Of a DNA stretch of 64,000 nucleotides, positions 44,473 to 57,278 are shown piece after piece. The position numbers and the translations under genes are program-made. Every line of letters begins with the position of its first letter. Position 1 is the first letter of the stretch. The notes beneath the pieces were generated by a model. The model was not told where the DNA came from. It made no database searches and saw only the letters and a list, made by a program, of their open reading frames with translations. Origin of the DNA: Escherichia coli (lineage in GTDB: Bacteria; Pseudomonadota; Gammaproteobacteria; Enterobacterales; Enterobacteriaceae); NCBI RefSeq assembly GCF_001677475.2, contig NZ_CP015229.1; one strand, 5' to 3'.

Positions 44473-47004
44473 ATGGCCGGGAATGACCGCGAGCCAATTG
44501 GACGCAAAGGGAAACCGACGCGTCCGGTCAAACAAAAGGTAAGCCGTCGTCGTTACGAAGATGACGATTACGACGATTATGATGACTATGAGGATGAAGA
44601 ACCGATGCCGCGCAAAGGTAAGGGCAAAGGCAAAGGGCGTAAGCCTCGTGGCAAACGCGGCTGGCTATGGCTGCTGTTAAAACTGGCTATCGTTTTTGCC
44701 GTGCTGATCGCCATTTACGGCGTTTATCTCGATCAAAAAATTCGCAGCCGCATTGATGGCAAGGTCTGGCAACTGCCTGCGGCAGTTTATGGCCGAATGG
44801 TCAACCTTGAGCCAGATATGACCATCAGCAAGAACGAGATGGTGAAGCTGCTGGAGGCAACACAGTATCGTCAGGTGTCGAAAATGACCCGTCCTGGCGA
44901 ATTTACCGTGCAGGCCAACAGCATTGAGATGATTCGCCGTCCGTTTGATTTCCCGGACAGTAAAGAAGGGCAGGTGCGTGCGCGTCTGACCTTTGATGGC
45001 GATCATCTGGCGACGATCGTCAATATGGAGAACAACCGTCAGTTCGGTTTCTTCCGTCTTGATCCGCGTCTGATCACCATGATCTCCTCGCCAAACGGTG
45101 AGCAGCGTTTGTTTGTGCCGCGCAGTGGTTTCCCTGATTTGCTGGTGGATACTTTGCTGGCGACAGAAGACCGCCATTTCTACGAGCATGATGGGATCAG
45201 TCTCTACTCCATCGGACGTGCGGTGCTGGCAAACCTGACCGCAGGTCGCACGGTGCAGGGTGCGAGTACGCTGACGCAACAGCTGGTGAAAAACCTGTTC
45301 CTCTCCAGCGAGCGCTCTTACTGGCGTAAAGCGAATGAAGCCTACATGGCGCTGATCATGGACGCGCGTTACAGCAAAGACCGTATTCTTGAGCTGTATA
45401 TGAACGAGGTGTATCTCGGTCAGAGCGGCGACAACGAAATCCGCGGCTTCCCGCTGGCGAGCTTGTATTACTTTGGTCGCCCGGTAGAAGAATTGAGCCT
45501 CGATCAGCAGGCGCTGTTAGTCGGTATGGTGAAAGGGGCGTCCATCTACAACCCGTGGCGTAACCCGAAACTGGCGCTGGAGCGACGTAATCTGGTGCTG
45601 CGTTTGCTACAACAACAGCAGATTATCGATGGTGAACTGTATGAAATGCTCAGCGCGCGTCCTCTGGGCGTACAGCCGCGCGGTGGGGTAATCTCTCCAC
45701 AGCCAGCCTTTATGCAACTGGTGCGTCAGGAGCTGCAGGCGAAATTAGGCGATAAGGTAAAAGATCTCTCCGGCGTGAAGATCTTCACTACCTTTGACTC
45801 GGTGGCCCAGGACGCGGCAGAAAAAGCCGCCGTGGAAGGCATTCCGGCACTGAAGAAACAGCGTAAGCTGAGCGATCTGGAAACCGCGATTGTGGTCGTC
45901 GACCGCTTTAGTGGTGAAGTTCGTGCGATGGTCGGAGGTTCTGAGCCGCAGTTTGCGGGCTACAACCGTGCGATGCAGGCGCGTCGTTCGATTGGTTCCC
46001 TTGCAAAACCAGCGACTTATCTGACTGCCTTAAGCCAGCCGAAAATCTATCGCCTGAACACGTGGATTGCGGATGCGCCAATCGCGCTGCGTCAGCCGAA
46101 TGGCCAGGTCTGGTCACCGCAGAACGATGATCGTCGTTATAGCGAAAGTGGCAGAGTGATGCTGGTGGATGCGTTGACCCGTTCGATGAACGTGCCGACG
46201 GTAAATCTGGGGATGGCGCTGGGGCTGCCTGCGGTTACGGAGACCTGGATCAAACTGGGCGTGCCGAAAGATCAGTTGCATCCGGTTCCGGCGATGCTGC
46301 TGGGGGCGTTGAACTTAACGCCAATCGAAGTGGCGCAGGCATTCCAGACCATCGCCAGCGGCGGTAACCGTGCACCGCTTTCTGCGCTGCGTTCGGTAAT
46401 CGCGGAAGATGGCAAAGTGCTGTATCAGAGCTTCCCGCAGGCGGAACGCGCGGTTCCGGCGCAGGCGGCGTATCTGACACTATGGACCATGCAGCAGGTT
46501 GTACAACGCGGTACGGGTCGTCAGCTTGGGGCGAAATACCCGAACCTGCATCTGGCAGGGAAAACAGGGACTACCAACAATAACGTAGATACCTGGTTTG
46601 CGGGCATTGACGGCAGCACGGTGACCATCACCTGGGTAGGCCGTGATAACAACCAGCCGACCAAACTGTATGGAGCCAGCGGGGCAATGTCGATTTATCA
46701 GCGTTATCTGGCTAACCAGACGCCAACACCGCTGAATCTTGTTCCGCCAGAAGATATTGCAGATATGGGCGTGGACTACGACGGCAACTTTGTTTGCAGC
46801 GGTGGCATGCGTGTCTTGCCGGTCTGGACCAGCGATCCGCAATCGCTATGCCAGCAGAGTGAGATGCAGCAGCAGCCGTCAGGCAATCCGTTTGATCAGT
46901 CTTCTCAGCCGCAGCAACAGCCGCAACAGCAACCTGCTCAGCAAGAGCAGAAAGACAGCGACGGTGTAGCCGGTTGGATCAAGGATATGTTTGGTAGTAA
47001 TTAA
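44473..47004 (+). CDS. mrcB: Penicillin-binding protein 1B (bifunctional glycosyltransferase/transpeptidase)
   Basis: [22 protein letters not shown].. with a charged N-terminal tail, a transmembrane segment, GT51 and transpeptidase domains, and a C-terminal Gln/Pro-rich tail. Confidence 0.93.
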   Translation: MAGNDREPIGRKGKPTRPVKQKVSRRRYEDDDYDDYDDYEDEEPMPRKGKGKGKGRKPRGKRGWLWLLLKLAIVFAVLIAIYGVYLDQKIRSRIDGKVWQLPAAVYGRMVNLEPDMTISKNEMVKLLEATQYRQVSKMTRPGEFTVQANSIEMIRRPFDFPDSKEGQVRARLTFDGDHLATIVNMENNRQFGFFRLDPRLITMISSPNGEQRLFVPRSGFPDLLVDTLLATEDRHFYEHDGISLYSIGRAVLANLTAGRTVQGASTLTQQLVKNLFLSSERSYWRKANEAYMALIMDARYSKDRILELYMNEVYLGQSGDNEIRGFPLASLYYFGRPVEELSLDQQALLVGMVKGASIYNPWRNPKLALERRNLVLRLLQQQQIIDGELYEMLSARPLGVQPRGGVISPQPAFMQLVRQELQAKLGDKVKDLSGVKIFTTFDSVAQDAAEKAAVEGIPALKKQRKLSDLETAIVVVDRFSGEVRAMVGGSEPQFAGYNRAMQARRSIGSLAKPATYLTALSQPKIYRLNTWIADAPIALRQPNGQVWSPQNDDRRYSESGRVMLVDALTRSMNVPTVNLGMALGLPAVTETWIKLGVPKDQLHPVPAMLLGALNLTPIEVAQAFQTIASGGNRAPLSALRSVIAEDGKVLYQSFPQAERAVPAQAAYLTLWTMQQVVQRGTGRQLGAKYPNLHLAGKTGTTNNNVDTWFAGIDGSTVTITWVGRDNNQPTKLYGASGAMSIYQRYLANQTPTPLNLVPPEDIADMGVDYDGNFVCSGGMRVLPVWTSDPQSLCQQSEMQQQPSGNPFDQSSQPQQQPQQQPAQQEQKDSDGVAGWIKDMFGSN

Positions 47005-47164
47005 CGTCTAAGCGTGACATACCGGATGGCGAGTAGCCATCCGGTAAAATAACATCCCACCCAAAGTATTAACCCTTTCTTTTCATCTGGTTGTTTATTA
47101 ACCCTTCAGGAACGCTCAGATTGCGTACCGCTTGCGAACCCGCCAGCGTTTCGAATATTATCTT

Positions 47165-47210
47165 ATCTTTATAATAATCATTCTCGTTTACGTTATCATT
47201 CACTTTACAT
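47165..47210 (+). promoter_or_regulatory. Fur-regulated fhuA promoter region (Fur box-like ATAATAATCATTCTC)
   Basis: AT-rich hexamer repeats resembling the Fur box consensus GATAATGATAATCATTATC lie 15-60 nt upstream of the fhuA ATG. Confidence 0.5.
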
Positions 47211-47223
47211 CAGAGATATACCA

Positions 47224-49467
47224 ATGGCGCGTTCCAAAACTGCTCAGCCAAAACACTCACTGCGTAAAATCGCAGTTGTAGTAGCCACAGCGGTTAGCGG
47301 CATGTCTGTTTATGCACAGGCAGCGGTTGAACCGAAAGAAGATACTATCACCGTTACCGCTGCACCTGCGCCGCAAGAAAGCGCATGGGGGCCTGCTGCA
47401 ACTATTGCGGCGCGACAGTCAGCTACCGGCACTAAAACCGATACGCCGATTCAAAAAGTGCCACAGTCTATTTCTGTTGTGACCGCCGAAGAGATGGCGC
47501 TGCATCAGCCGAAGTCGGTAAAAGAAGCGCTTAGCTACACGCCGGGTGTCTCTGTTGGTACGCGTGGCGCATCCAACACCTATGACCACCTGATCATTCG
47601 CGGTTTTGCGGCAGAAGGCCAAAGCCAGAATAACTATCTGAATGGCCTGAAGTTGCAGGGCAACTTCTATAACGATGCGGTCATTGACCCGTATATGCTG
47701 GAACGCGCTGAAATTATGCGTGGCCCGGTTTCCGTGCTTTACGGTAAAAGCAGTCCTGGCGGTCTGTTGAATATGGTCAGCAAGCGTCCGACTACTGAAC
47801 CGCTGAAAGAAGTTCAGTTTAAAGCCGGTACTGACAGCCTGTTCCAGACTGGTTTTGACTTTAGCGATGCGCTGGATGATGACGGTGTTTACTCTTATCG
47901 CCTGACCGGTCTTGCGCGTTCTGCCAATGCCCAGCAGAAAGGGTCAGAAGAGCAGCGTTATGCTATTGCACCGGCGTTCTCCTGGCGTCCGGATGATAAA
48001 ACCAATTTCACCTTCCTTTCTTACTTCCAGAACGAGCCGGAAACCGGTTATTACGGCTGGTTGCCGAAAGAGGGTACCGTTGAGCCGCTGCCGAACGGTA
48101 AGCGTCTGCCGACAGATTTTAACGAAGGGGCGAAGAACAACACCTATTCTCGTAATGAGAAGATGGTGGGCTATAGCTTCGATCACGAATTTAACGACAC
48201 CTTTACTGTGCGTCAGAACCTGCGCTTTGCTGAAAACAAAACCTCGCAAAACAGCGTTTATGGTTACGGCGTCTGCTCCGATCCGGCGAATGCTTACAGC
48301 AAACAGTGTGCCGCTTTAGCGCCAGCCGATAAAGGCCACTACCTGGCACGTAAATACGTCGTTGATGATGAGAAGCTGCAAAACTTCTCCGTTGATACCC
48401 AGTTGCAGAGCAAGTTTGCCACTGGCGATATCGACCACACCCTGCTGACCGGTGTCGACTTTATGCGTATGCGTAATGACATCAACGCCTGGTTTGGTTA
48501 CGACGACTCCGTACCGCTGCTCGATCTGTACAATCCGGTGAATACCGATTTCGACTTCAATGCGAAAGATCCGGCAAACTCCGGCCCTTACCGCATTCTG
48601 AATAAGCAGAAACAAACGGGTGTTTATGTTCAGGATCAGGCGCAGTGGGATAAAGTGCTGGTCACCCTGGGCGGTCGTTACGACTGGGCAGATCAAGAAT
48701 CTCTTAACCGCGTAGCGGGAACGACCGATAAACGTGATGACAAACAGTTTACCTGGCGTGGTGGTGTTAACTACCTGTTTGATAATGGTGTAACACCTTA
48801 CTTCAGCTATAGCGAATCGTTTGAACCTTCTTCGCAAGTTGGGAAGGATGGTAATATTTTTGCACCGTCTAAAGGTAAGCAGTATGAAGTCGGCGTGAAA
48901 TATGTACCGGAAGATCGTCCGATTGTAGTTACTGGTGCAGTGTATAATCTCACTAAAACCAACAACCTGATGGCGGACCCTGAGGGTTCCTTCTTCTCGG
49001 TTGAAGGTGGTGAGATCCGCGCTCGTGGCGTAGAAATCGAAGCGAAAGCGGCGCTGTCGGCGAGTGTTAACGTAGTCGGTTCTTATACTTACACCGATGC
49101 GGAATACACCACCGATACTACCTATAAAGGCAATACGCCTGCACAGGTGCCAAAACACATGGCTTCGCTGTGGGCTGACTATACCTTCTTTGACGGTCCG
49201 CTTTCAGGTCTGACGCTGGGCACCGGTGGTCGTTATACTGGCTCCAGTTATGGTGATCCGGCTAACTCCTTTAAAGTGGGAAGTTATACGGTCGTGGATG
49301 CGTTAGTGCGTTATGATCTGGCGCGGGTTGGTATGGCTGGCTCCAACGTGGCGCTGCATGTTAACAACCTGTTCGATCGTGAATATGTCGCCAGCTGCTT
49401 TAATACCTATGGCTGCTTCTGGGGCGCAGAACGTCAGGTCGTTGCAACCGCAACCTTCCGTTTCTAA
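47224..49467 (+). CDS. fhuA: TonB-dependent ferrichrome outer-membrane transporter (receptor for phages T1/T5/phi80, colicin M, albomycin)
   Basis: 747-aa ORF with signal peptide, TonB box and C-terminal ..ATATFRF beta-barrel signature. Confidence 0.95.
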   Translation: MARSKTAQPKHSLRKIAVVVATAVSGMSVYAQAAVEPKEDTITVTAAPAPQESAWGPAATIAARQSATGTKTDTPIQKVPQSISVVTAEEMALHQPKSVKEALSYTPGVSVGTRGASNTYDHLIIRGFAAEGQSQNNYLNGLKLQGNFYNDAVIDPYMLERAEIMRGPVSVLYGKSSPGGLLNMVSKRPTTEPLKEVQFKAGTDSLFQTGFDFSDALDDDGVYSYRLTGLARSANAQQKGSEEQRYAIAPAFSWRPDDKTNFTFLSYFQNEPETGYYGWLPKEGTVEPLPNGKRLPTDFNEGAKNNTYSRNEKMVGYSFDHEFNDTFTVRQNLRFAENKTSQNSVYGYGVCSDPANAYSKQCAALAPADKGHYLARKYVVDDEKLQNFSVDTQLQSKFATGDIDHTLLTGVDFMRMRNDINAWFGYDDSVPLLDLYNPVNTDFDFNAKDPANSGPYRILNKQKQTGVYVQDQAQWDKVLVTLGGRYDWADQESLNRVAGTTDKRDDKQFTWRGGVNYLFDNGVTPYFSYSESFEPSSQVGKDGNIFAPSKGKQYEVGVKYVPEDRPIVVTGAVYNLTKTNNLMADPEGSFFSVEGGEIRARGVEIEAKAALSASVNVVGSYTYTDAEYTTDTTYKGNTPAQVPKHMASLWADYTFFDGPLSGLTLGTGGRYTGSSYGDPANSFKVGSYTVVDALVRYDLARVGMAGSNVALHVNNLFDREYVASCFNTYGCFWGAERQVVATATFRF

Positions 49468-49517
49468 TTTCTCTTTTGGGGCACGGATTTCCGTGCCCGT
49501 TTCACAAGTTGGCTGTT

Positions 49518-50315
49518 ATGCAGGAATACACGAATCATTCCGATACCACTTTTGCACTGCGTAATATCTCCTTTCGTGTGCCCGGGCGCACGCTTTTGCA
49601 TCCGCTGTCGTTAACCTTTCCTGCCGGGAAAGTGACCGGTCTGATTGGTCACAACGGTTCTGGTAAATCCACTCTGCTCAAAATGCTTGGCCGTCATCAG
49701 CCGCCGTCGGAAGGGGAGATTCTTCTTGATGCCCAGCCGCTGGAAAGCTGGAGCAGCAAAGCGTTTGCCCGCAAAGTGGCTTATTTGCCGCAGCAGCTTC
49801 CTCCGGCAGAAGGGATGACGGTGCGTGAACTGGTGGCGATTGGTCGTTACCCGTGGCATGGCGCACTAGGGCGCTTTGGTGCGGCAGATCGCGAAAAGGT
49901 CGAGGAAGCTATCTCGCTGGTTGGCTTAAAACCGCTGGCGCATCGGCTGGTCGATAGTCTCTCTGGCGGCGAACGTCAGCGGGCGTGGATCGCCATGCTG
50001 GTGGCGCAGGATAGCCGTTGTCTGTTGCTCGACGAACCGACCTCGGCGCTGGATATCGCCCACCAGGTTGATGTGCTGGCGCTGGTGCATCGTTTAAGTC
50101 AGGAGCGTGGCCTGACGGTCATTGCCGTGCTGCACGATATCAATATGGCTGCGCGTTACTGTGATTATCTGGTCGCCCTGCGCGGCGGTGAAATGATTGC
50201 TCAGGGAACGCCTGCGGAAATTATGCGCGGCGAAACCCTCGAAATGATTTATGGCATCCCGATGGGTATTTTGCCGCATCCGGCGGGTGCTGCACCTGTG
50301 AGTTTTGTTTATTGA
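49518..50315 (+). CDS. fhuC: Ferric hydroxamate ABC transporter ATP-binding protein
   Basis: MQEYTNHSDTTFALRNISFRV.. with Walker A GHNGSGKST; the ORF-track start at 49476 is an extension. Confidence 0.93.
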   Translation: MQEYTNHSDTTFALRNISFRVPGRTLLHPLSLTFPAGKVTGLIGHNGSGKSTLLKMLGRHQPPSEGEILLDAQPLESWSSKAFARKVAYLPQQLPPAEGMTVRELVAIGRYPWHGALGRFGAADREKVEEAISLVGLKPLAHRLVDSLSGGERQRAWIAMLVAQDSRCLLLDEPTSALDIAHQVDVLALVHRLSQERGLTVIAVLHDINMAARYCDYLVALRGGEMIAQGTPAEIMRGETLEMIYGIPMGILPHPAGAAPVSFVY

Positions 50316-51205
50316 TGAGCGGCTTACCTCTTATTTCGCGCCGTCGACTGTTAACGGCGATGGCGCTTTCTCCGTTGTTATGGCAGATGAATACCGCCCA
50401 CGCGGCGGCTATTGATCCCAATCGTATTGTGGCGCTGGAGTGGTTGCCGGTGGAATTACTGCTGGCGCTCGGCATCGTGCCTTACGGCGTGGCGGATACC
50501 ATCAACTATCGCCTGTGGGTCAGCGAACCACCATTGCCGGACTCAGTGATCGACGTCGGTTTGCGCACAGAACCTAACCTTGAACTGCTGACCGAAATGA
50601 AACCATCGTTTATGGTCTGGTCGGCAGGATATGGCCCTTCACCAGAAATGCTGGCACGTATTGCGCCGGGGCGTGGATTTAACTTCAGCGACGGCAAACA
50701 GCCGCTGGCGATGGCGCGTAAATCACTGACGGAAATGGCAGATTTACTTAACCTGCAAAGCGCAGCAGAAACGCATTTAGCGCAATATGAAGACTTTATC
50801 CGCAGCATGAAACCCCGCTTTGTGAAGCGTGGTGCACGCCCGTTATTGCTGACGACGCTTATCGATCCGCGCCATATGTTGGTCTTCGGTCCAAACAGCT
50901 TGTTCCAGGAAATTCTTGATGAGTACGGCATCCCAAATGCCTGGCAAGGGGAAACCAACTTCTGGGGCAGTACCGCCGTCAGTATCGATCGTCTGGCGGC
51001 GTATAAAGACGTTGATGTGCTCTGTTTTGATCACGACAACAGCAAAGACATGGATGCGCTAATGGCAACCCCGCTGTGGCAGGCCATGCCGTTTGTCCGC
51101 GCCGGACGCTTTCAGCGCGTACCTGCAGTCTGGTTTTATGGTGCGACGCTCTCGGCAATGCACTTTGTGCGCGTTCTGGATAACGCCATCGGAGGTAAAG
51201 CGTGA
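50315..51205 (+). CDS. fhuD: Ferric hydroxamate periplasmic binding protein
   Basis: MSGLPLISRRRLLTAMALSPLLWQMNTAHA.. (Tat-like signal); ATG overlaps the fhuC stop (TGATG). Confidence 0.93.
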   Translation: MSGLPLISRRRLLTAMALSPLLWQMNTAHAAAIDPNRIVALEWLPVELLLALGIVPYGVADTINYRLWVSEPPLPDSVIDVGLRTEPNLELLTEMKPSFMVWSAGYGPSPEMLARIAPGRGFNFSDGKQPLAMARKSLTEMADLLNLQSAAETHLAQYEDFIRSMKPRFVKRGARPLLLTTLIDPRHMLVFGPNSLFQEILDEYGIPNAWQGETNFWGSTAVSIDRLAAYKDVDVLCFDHDNSKDMDALMATPLWQAMPFVRAGRFQRVPAVWFYGATLSAMHFVRVLDNAIGGKA

Positions 51206-53184
51206 GTAAACGAATTGCGCTTTTTCCGGCGTTATTGCTGGCGCTGTTAGTGATTGTCGCTACGGCGCTCACCTGGATGAACTTCTCGCAGGCGCTGCCG
51301 CGTAGCCAGTGGGCGCAGGCTGCCTGGTCGCCGGATATTGACTTCATCGAGCAGATGATTTTTCACTACAGCTTGTTGCCGCGTCTGGCGATTTCGCTGC
51401 TGGTGGGCGCGGGCCTGGGGCTGGTGGGCGTGCTGTTTCAGCAAGTGCTGCGTAACCCGCTGGCGGAACCGACGACGTTGGGCGTTGCAACAGGCGCGCA
51501 ACTGGGGATTACCGTCACTACGCTCTGGGCGATCCCAGGAGCTATGGCGAGCCAGTTTGCTGCGCTGGCAGGGGCTTGCGTTGTTGGCTTAATTGTCTTT
51601 GGCGTCGCGTGGGGGAAACGGCTGTCGCCGGTAACGCTGATTCTCGCGGGGCTGGTAGTGAGCCTTTATTGTGGGGCAATCAATCAGTTACTGGTTATCT
51701 TCCATCATGACCAGTTGCAAAGCATGTTCCTGTGGAGCACCGGAACGCTGACGCAAACCGACTGGGGCGGCGTTGAGCGTTTATGGCCGCAGCTGCTGGG
51801 CGGCGTGATGCTGACATTATTGCTACTTCGCCCGTTAACCCTGATGGGGCTTGATGATGGCGTGGCGCGCAATCTCGGTCTGGCCTTGTCGCTGGCGCGT
51901 CTGGCGGCGCTGTCGCTGGCGATAGTCATCAGTGCGCTGCTGGTGAATGCAGTGGGGATTATCGGCTTTATCGGGTTGTTCGCGCCGCTGCTGGCAAAAA
52001 TGCTGGGGGCGCGGCGTTTGTTGCCACGATTGATGCTGGCGTCGCTGATTGGTGCGTTAATTCTGTGGCTTTCTGATCAAATCATCCTCTGGCTGACTCG
52101 CGTATGGATGGAGGTTTCCACCGGTTCGGTCACTGCATTGATAGGTGCGCCGCTGCTGTTGTGGCTGCTGCCGCGTTTACGCAGCATTAGCGCGCCGGAT
52201 ATGAAGGTCAACGATCGTGTCGCGGCTGAACGCCACCACGTGCTGGCGTTTGCCCTCGCGGGCGGCGTGCTGCTGTTGATGGCTGTGGTGGTGGCGCTGT
52301 CGTTTGGTCGTGATGCGCACGGCTGGACGTGGGCGAGCGGGGCGTTGCTCGAGGATTTGATACCCTGGCGCTGGCCGCGAATTATGGCGGCGCTGTTTGC
52401 GGGCGTCATGCTGGCGGTGGCGGGCTGTATTATTCAGCGACTGACCGGCAACCCGATGGCAAGCCCGGAAGTGCTGGGGATTAGCTCCGGCGCGGCGTTT
52501 GGCGTGGTGTTAATGCTGTTTCTGGTGCCGGGTAATGCCTTTGGCTGGCTGTTACCCGCGGGTAGTCTCGGGGCGGCGGTGACGCTGTTGATCATTATGA
52601 TCGCCGCCGGACGCGGTGGATTTTCCCCACACCGCATGTTACTGGCGGGGATGGCGTTAAGTACCGCGTTCACCATGCTTTTGATGATGTTGCAGGCAAG
52701 TGGTGATCCGCGAATGGCGCAAGTGCTGACCTGGATTTCCGGTTCGACCTACAACGCGACCGATGCGCAGGTCTGGCGCACGGGAATTGTGATGGTAATT
52801 TTGCTGGCGATTACCCCGCTGTGCCGCCGCTGGCTGACCATTTTGCCGCTGGGCGGTGATACCGCACGAGCCGTAGGAATGGCGCTGACGCCGACGCGAA
52901 TTGCGCTGCTGCTATTAGCGGCTTGCCTGACGGCGACCGCGACGATGACTATTGGACCGTTGAGTTTTGTTGGTTTAATGGCACCGCATATTGCGCGGAT
53001 GATGGGCTTTCGACGGACGATGCCACACATCGTAATTTCGGCGCTGGTGGGTGGTTTACTGCTGGTGTTCGCTGACTGGTGTGGGCGGATGGTATTGTTT
53101 CCATTCCAGATCCCGGCGGGGCTGCTGTCGACCTTTATCGGCGCGCCATATTTTATCTATTTGTTGAGAAAGCAGAGCCGTTAA
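51202..53184 (+). CDS. fhuB: Ferric hydroxamate ABC transporter permease (fused duplicated permease)
   Basis: 660-aa polytopic membrane protein with an internal duplication; start overlaps the fhuD stop. Confidence 0.93.
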   Translation: MSKRIALFPALLLALLVIVATALTWMNFSQALPRSQWAQAAWSPDIDFIEQMIFHYSLLPRLAISLLVGAGLGLVGVLFQQVLRNPLAEPTTLGVATGAQLGITVTTLWAIPGAMASQFAALAGACVVGLIVFGVAWGKRLSPVTLILAGLVVSLYCGAINQLLVIFHHDQLQSMFLWSTGTLTQTDWGGVERLWPQLLGGVMLTLLLLRPLTLMGLDDGVARNLGLALSLARLAALSLAIVISALLVNAVGIIGFIGLFAPLLAKMLGARRLLPRLMLASLIGALILWLSDQIILWLTRVWMEVSTGSVTALIGAPLLLWLLPRLRSISAPDMKVNDRVAAERHHVLAFALAGGVLLLMAVVVALSFGRDAHGWTWASGALLEDLIPWRWPRIMAALFAGVMLAVAGCIIQRLTGNPMASPEVLGISSGAAFGVVLMLFLVPGNAFGWLLPAGSLGAAVTLLIIMIAAGRGGFSPHRMLLAGMALSTAFTMLLMMLQASGDPRMAQVLTWISGSTYNATDAQVWRTGIVMVILLAITPLCRRWLTILPLGGDTARAVGMALTPTRIALLLLAACLTATATMTIGPLSFVGLMAPHIARMMGFRRTMPHIVISALVGGLLLVFADWCGRMVLFPFQIPAGLLSTFIGAPYFIYLLRKQSR

Positions 53185-53187
53185 TAA

Positions 53188-53214
53188 AATGCCTCGCCCG
53201 GTGGGCGAGGCAAA
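53188..53214. terminator. Hairpin between convergent fhuB (+) and hemL (-)
   Basis: Inverted repeat gcctcgccc-ggtg-ggcgaggc with flanking A-runs. Confidence 0.45.
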
Positions 53215-53218
53215 ATCA

Positions 53219-54499
53219 TTACAACTTCGCAAACACCCGACGTGCAGCATCGATGGTGTTATTGATATCTTCCATGCTATGCGCCACGGACATAAAGCCC
53301 GCTTCAAACGCTGACGGTGCCAGGTAAACACCTTCGTCCAGCATCATATGGAAGAAACGCTTAAAGCGTTCCACGTCACAGGCCATCACATCCTGATAGC
53401 ACGTCACGGACTCGGCGTCGGTAAAGAAAATACCGAACATGCCGCCAACGTGGTTTACCACCAGCGGAATTCCGGCTTCTTCTGCCGCTTCCAGCAGACC
53501 TTCTGCCAGACGTGTTGTCAGCTCATCCAGCGTTTCGTGAACGCCCGGCTGCGCGACTTCATTCAGACAGGCGAAACCCGCTGCCATCGCAATCGGGTTA
53601 CCGGAAAGCGTACCCGCCTGATAGACCGGGCCAGTTGGAGCCAGCGCATCCATTACATCACGACGACCACCGAATGCGCTTACCGGCATTCCACCGCCGA
53701 TGATTTTGCCGAGGCAGGTGAGATCCGGTTCCACACCGTAATAATCCTGTGCGCCAGCTAGCGCTACGCGGAAACCGGTCATCACTTCATCGATGATCAG
53801 CAACGCGCCAAATTCGTCGCACAGCGCGCGCAGACCTGGCAGGAACTCTGGCAGCGGTGGAACGCAGTTCATATTGCCTGCCACCGGCTCGACGATAATA
53901 CAGGCAATCTCTTGCGGGTATTGCTCAAACGCGGCGCGTACAGAGGCCAGATCGTTATAAGTACAGGTTAAGGTATGTTTGGCGAAATCTGCCGGAACGC
54001 CCGGCGAATTTGGCTGGCCTAACGTGAGTGCGCCAGAACCGGCTTTCACCAGCAGGCAGTCAGCGTGACCGTGGTAACAACCTTCAAATTTAATAATTTT
54101 GTCGCGACCGGTAAAACCACGGGCCAGGCGGATGGCGCTCATCGTCGCTTCAGTGCCGGAGTTCACCATGCGCACCATATCCATGGTCGGGACCAGTTCG
54201 GTCACCAGTTGCGCCATTTTCACTTCCATTTCGGTTGGTGCACCAAAGCTTAAACCACGCTCGGCGGCTTCAATCACGGCATTGCGGATCGCCGGATGGT
54301 TATGGCCCAGCACCATCGGCCCCCAGGAACCGACATAATCGATATAGGCTTTGCCATCAACATCGTACAGATAAGCGCCGTCCGCTTTTTCGATAAACAG
54401 TGGAGTGCCGCCCACGCCAGTAAAGGCGCGAACAGGGGAGTTCACACCGCCAGGGATCAGCTCGCGCGCTGCGCTGTAAAGATTTTCAGACTTACTCAT
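53219..54499 (-). CDS. hemL: Glutamate-1-semialdehyde 2,1-aminomutase
   Basis: 426-aa [29 protein letters not shown].. (PLP-dependent class III aminotransferase). Confidence 0.95.
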   Translation of the reverse strand: MSKSENLYSAARELIPGGVNSPVRAFTGVGGTPLFIEKADGAYLYDVDGKAYIDYVGSWGPMVLGHNHPAIRNAVIEAAERGLSFGAPTEMEVKMAQLVTELVPTMDMVRMVNSGTEATMSAIRLARGFTGRDKIIKFEGCYHGHADCLLVKAGSGALTLGQPNSPGVPADFAKHTLTCTYNDLASVRAAFEQYPQEIACIIVEPVAGNMNCVPPLPEFLPGLRALCDEFGALLIIDEVMTGFRVALAGAQDYYGVEPDLTCLGKIIGGGMPVSAFGGRRDVMDALAPTGPVYQAGTLSGNPIAMAAGFACLNEVAQPGVHETLDELTTRLAEGLLEAAEEAGIPLVVNHVGGMFGIFFTDAESVTCYQDVMACDVERFKRFFHMMLDEGVYLAPSAFEAGFMSVAHSMEDINNTIDAARRVFAKL

Positions 54500-54705
54500 G
54501 GAGGGTTCCTGATTCGTAGAAAAAGTGAATGGCTGCTATTCTATGTTATTCATAACAAGTTAAATACTCGTCAAACATCAGGCTGCTTGTACTGGTGCAA
54601 TCCTGATTTCTTAGAGTATAAAAGTTTTGTGCATTTGAAACATTACGCTTTGCAAAGGATTTTCATGGAACGTGCGAGTAAAATGCCGTCATCTTATTTG
54701 TATGA

Positions 54706-56145
<1,440 letters not shown>

Positions 56146-56226
56146 ACGAAATACCAGGGTATTAGATAATGGCGATTATTATTGGGTTAGAATTTGCCCA
56201 ATTGCCGATGTCGTTTGGAGCAAAAT

Positions 56227-56571
56227 ATGAGTGATGACGTAGCACTGCCGCTGGAGTTTACCGACGCAGCAGCCAACAAAGTTAAAAGCCTGATCGCTGA
56301 CGAAGATAACCCGAATCTGAAATTACGCGTGTATATCACCGGTGGCGGTTGCAGCGGCTTCCAGTATGGTTTCACCTTTGATGATCAGGTGAACGAAGGC
56401 GATATGACCATCGAAAAACAGGGCGTTGGCCTGGTGGTTGATCCGATGAGCCTGCAATATCTGGTCGGCGGTTCCGTTGACTATACCGAAGGTCTGGAAG
56501 GTTCTCGTTTCATCGTGACCAACCCGAACGCGAAAAGCACCTGCGGTTGCGGTTCTTCCTTCAGCATCTAA
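56227..56571 (+). CDS. erpA: Iron-sulfur cluster insertion protein ErpA (A-type carrier)
   Basis: [49 protein letters not shown].. with C-terminal CGCGSSF. Confidence 0.93.
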
Positions 56572-56581
56572 TCTGTTGTTC

Positions 56582-56612
56582 ATGTGCCGGATAAACTATC
56601 CGGCACATCTTC
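56582..56612 (+). terminator. Hairpin after erpA
   Basis: Inverted repeat atgtgccggata-aac-tatccggcacat. Confidence 0.45.
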
Positions 56613-56617
56613 TCTCT

Positions 56618-57241
56618 TCAACGCCCATTCTCATCCAGCGCAAACGTCGGTAGCTTAAGATGCCAACGAATAGCCGCCAGCCGAATCAATAGCGTCACGA
56701 CCATGCCCATCATACTGGCTGTTTCCAGTGGTACGGAAAATGTGTAATAAGCCGTAGCGTGGACAATACCGCCGATAATACAGGCAGTTGCGTAGATTTC
56801 TGTACGTAAAATCATGGGGATTTCGCGGGCCAGTACATCACGAATGATCCCGCCGCCAACGCCAGTAATGACGCCCATACAAACCGCGATTAACGGACCG
56901 GCTTCCGCATTAAAGGCTTTATTCACGCCAATGCCGACAAACACCGCCAGACCAACGGCGTCCAGCACCGGCAACATCCATTTTGGTAAGCGTCTTGGCT
57001 GGCGCACCAGCACGATGGTCAGCATGCTGGTGACCATTGCAACGACCAGATCGGTGGGATCTTTCACCCAAAATACCGGGCCGTGATCCAGCGCCATGTC
57101 GCGAATTGTTCCGCCGCCTACTGCGGTAACCACGCCCAGTACCAGAACACCAAAAGGGTCCATACGCAATTTTCCGGCTAACAAAACGCCGGAGATGGTA
57201 AATACCGCTGTGCCGACTATATCCAGCCAATAGACGAGCAT
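56618..57241 (-). CDS. yadS: UPF0126 family inner membrane protein
   Basis: 207-aa hydrophobic ORF with the duplicated GGGxxRD motif. Confidence 0.88.
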   Translation of the reverse strand: MLVYWLDIVGTAVFTISGVLLAGKLRMDPFGVLVLGVVTAVGGGTIRDMALDHGPVFWVKDPTDLVVAMVTSMLTIVLVRQPRRLPKWMLPVLDAVGLAVFVGIGVNKAFNAEAGPLIAVCMGVITGVGGGIIRDVLAREIPMILRTEIYATACIIGGIVHATAYYTFSVPLETASMMGMVVTLLIRLAAIRWHLKLPTFALDENGR

Positions 57242-57278
57242 TGTTCAATCCCCACTGAGCACCTGAAAAGGTCAGGCG

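Noticed and set aside
48316..49158. 280-aa minus-strand ORF antisense to fhuA
   Set aside because: Nested in the fhuA beta-barrel coding region; no recognisable motifs.
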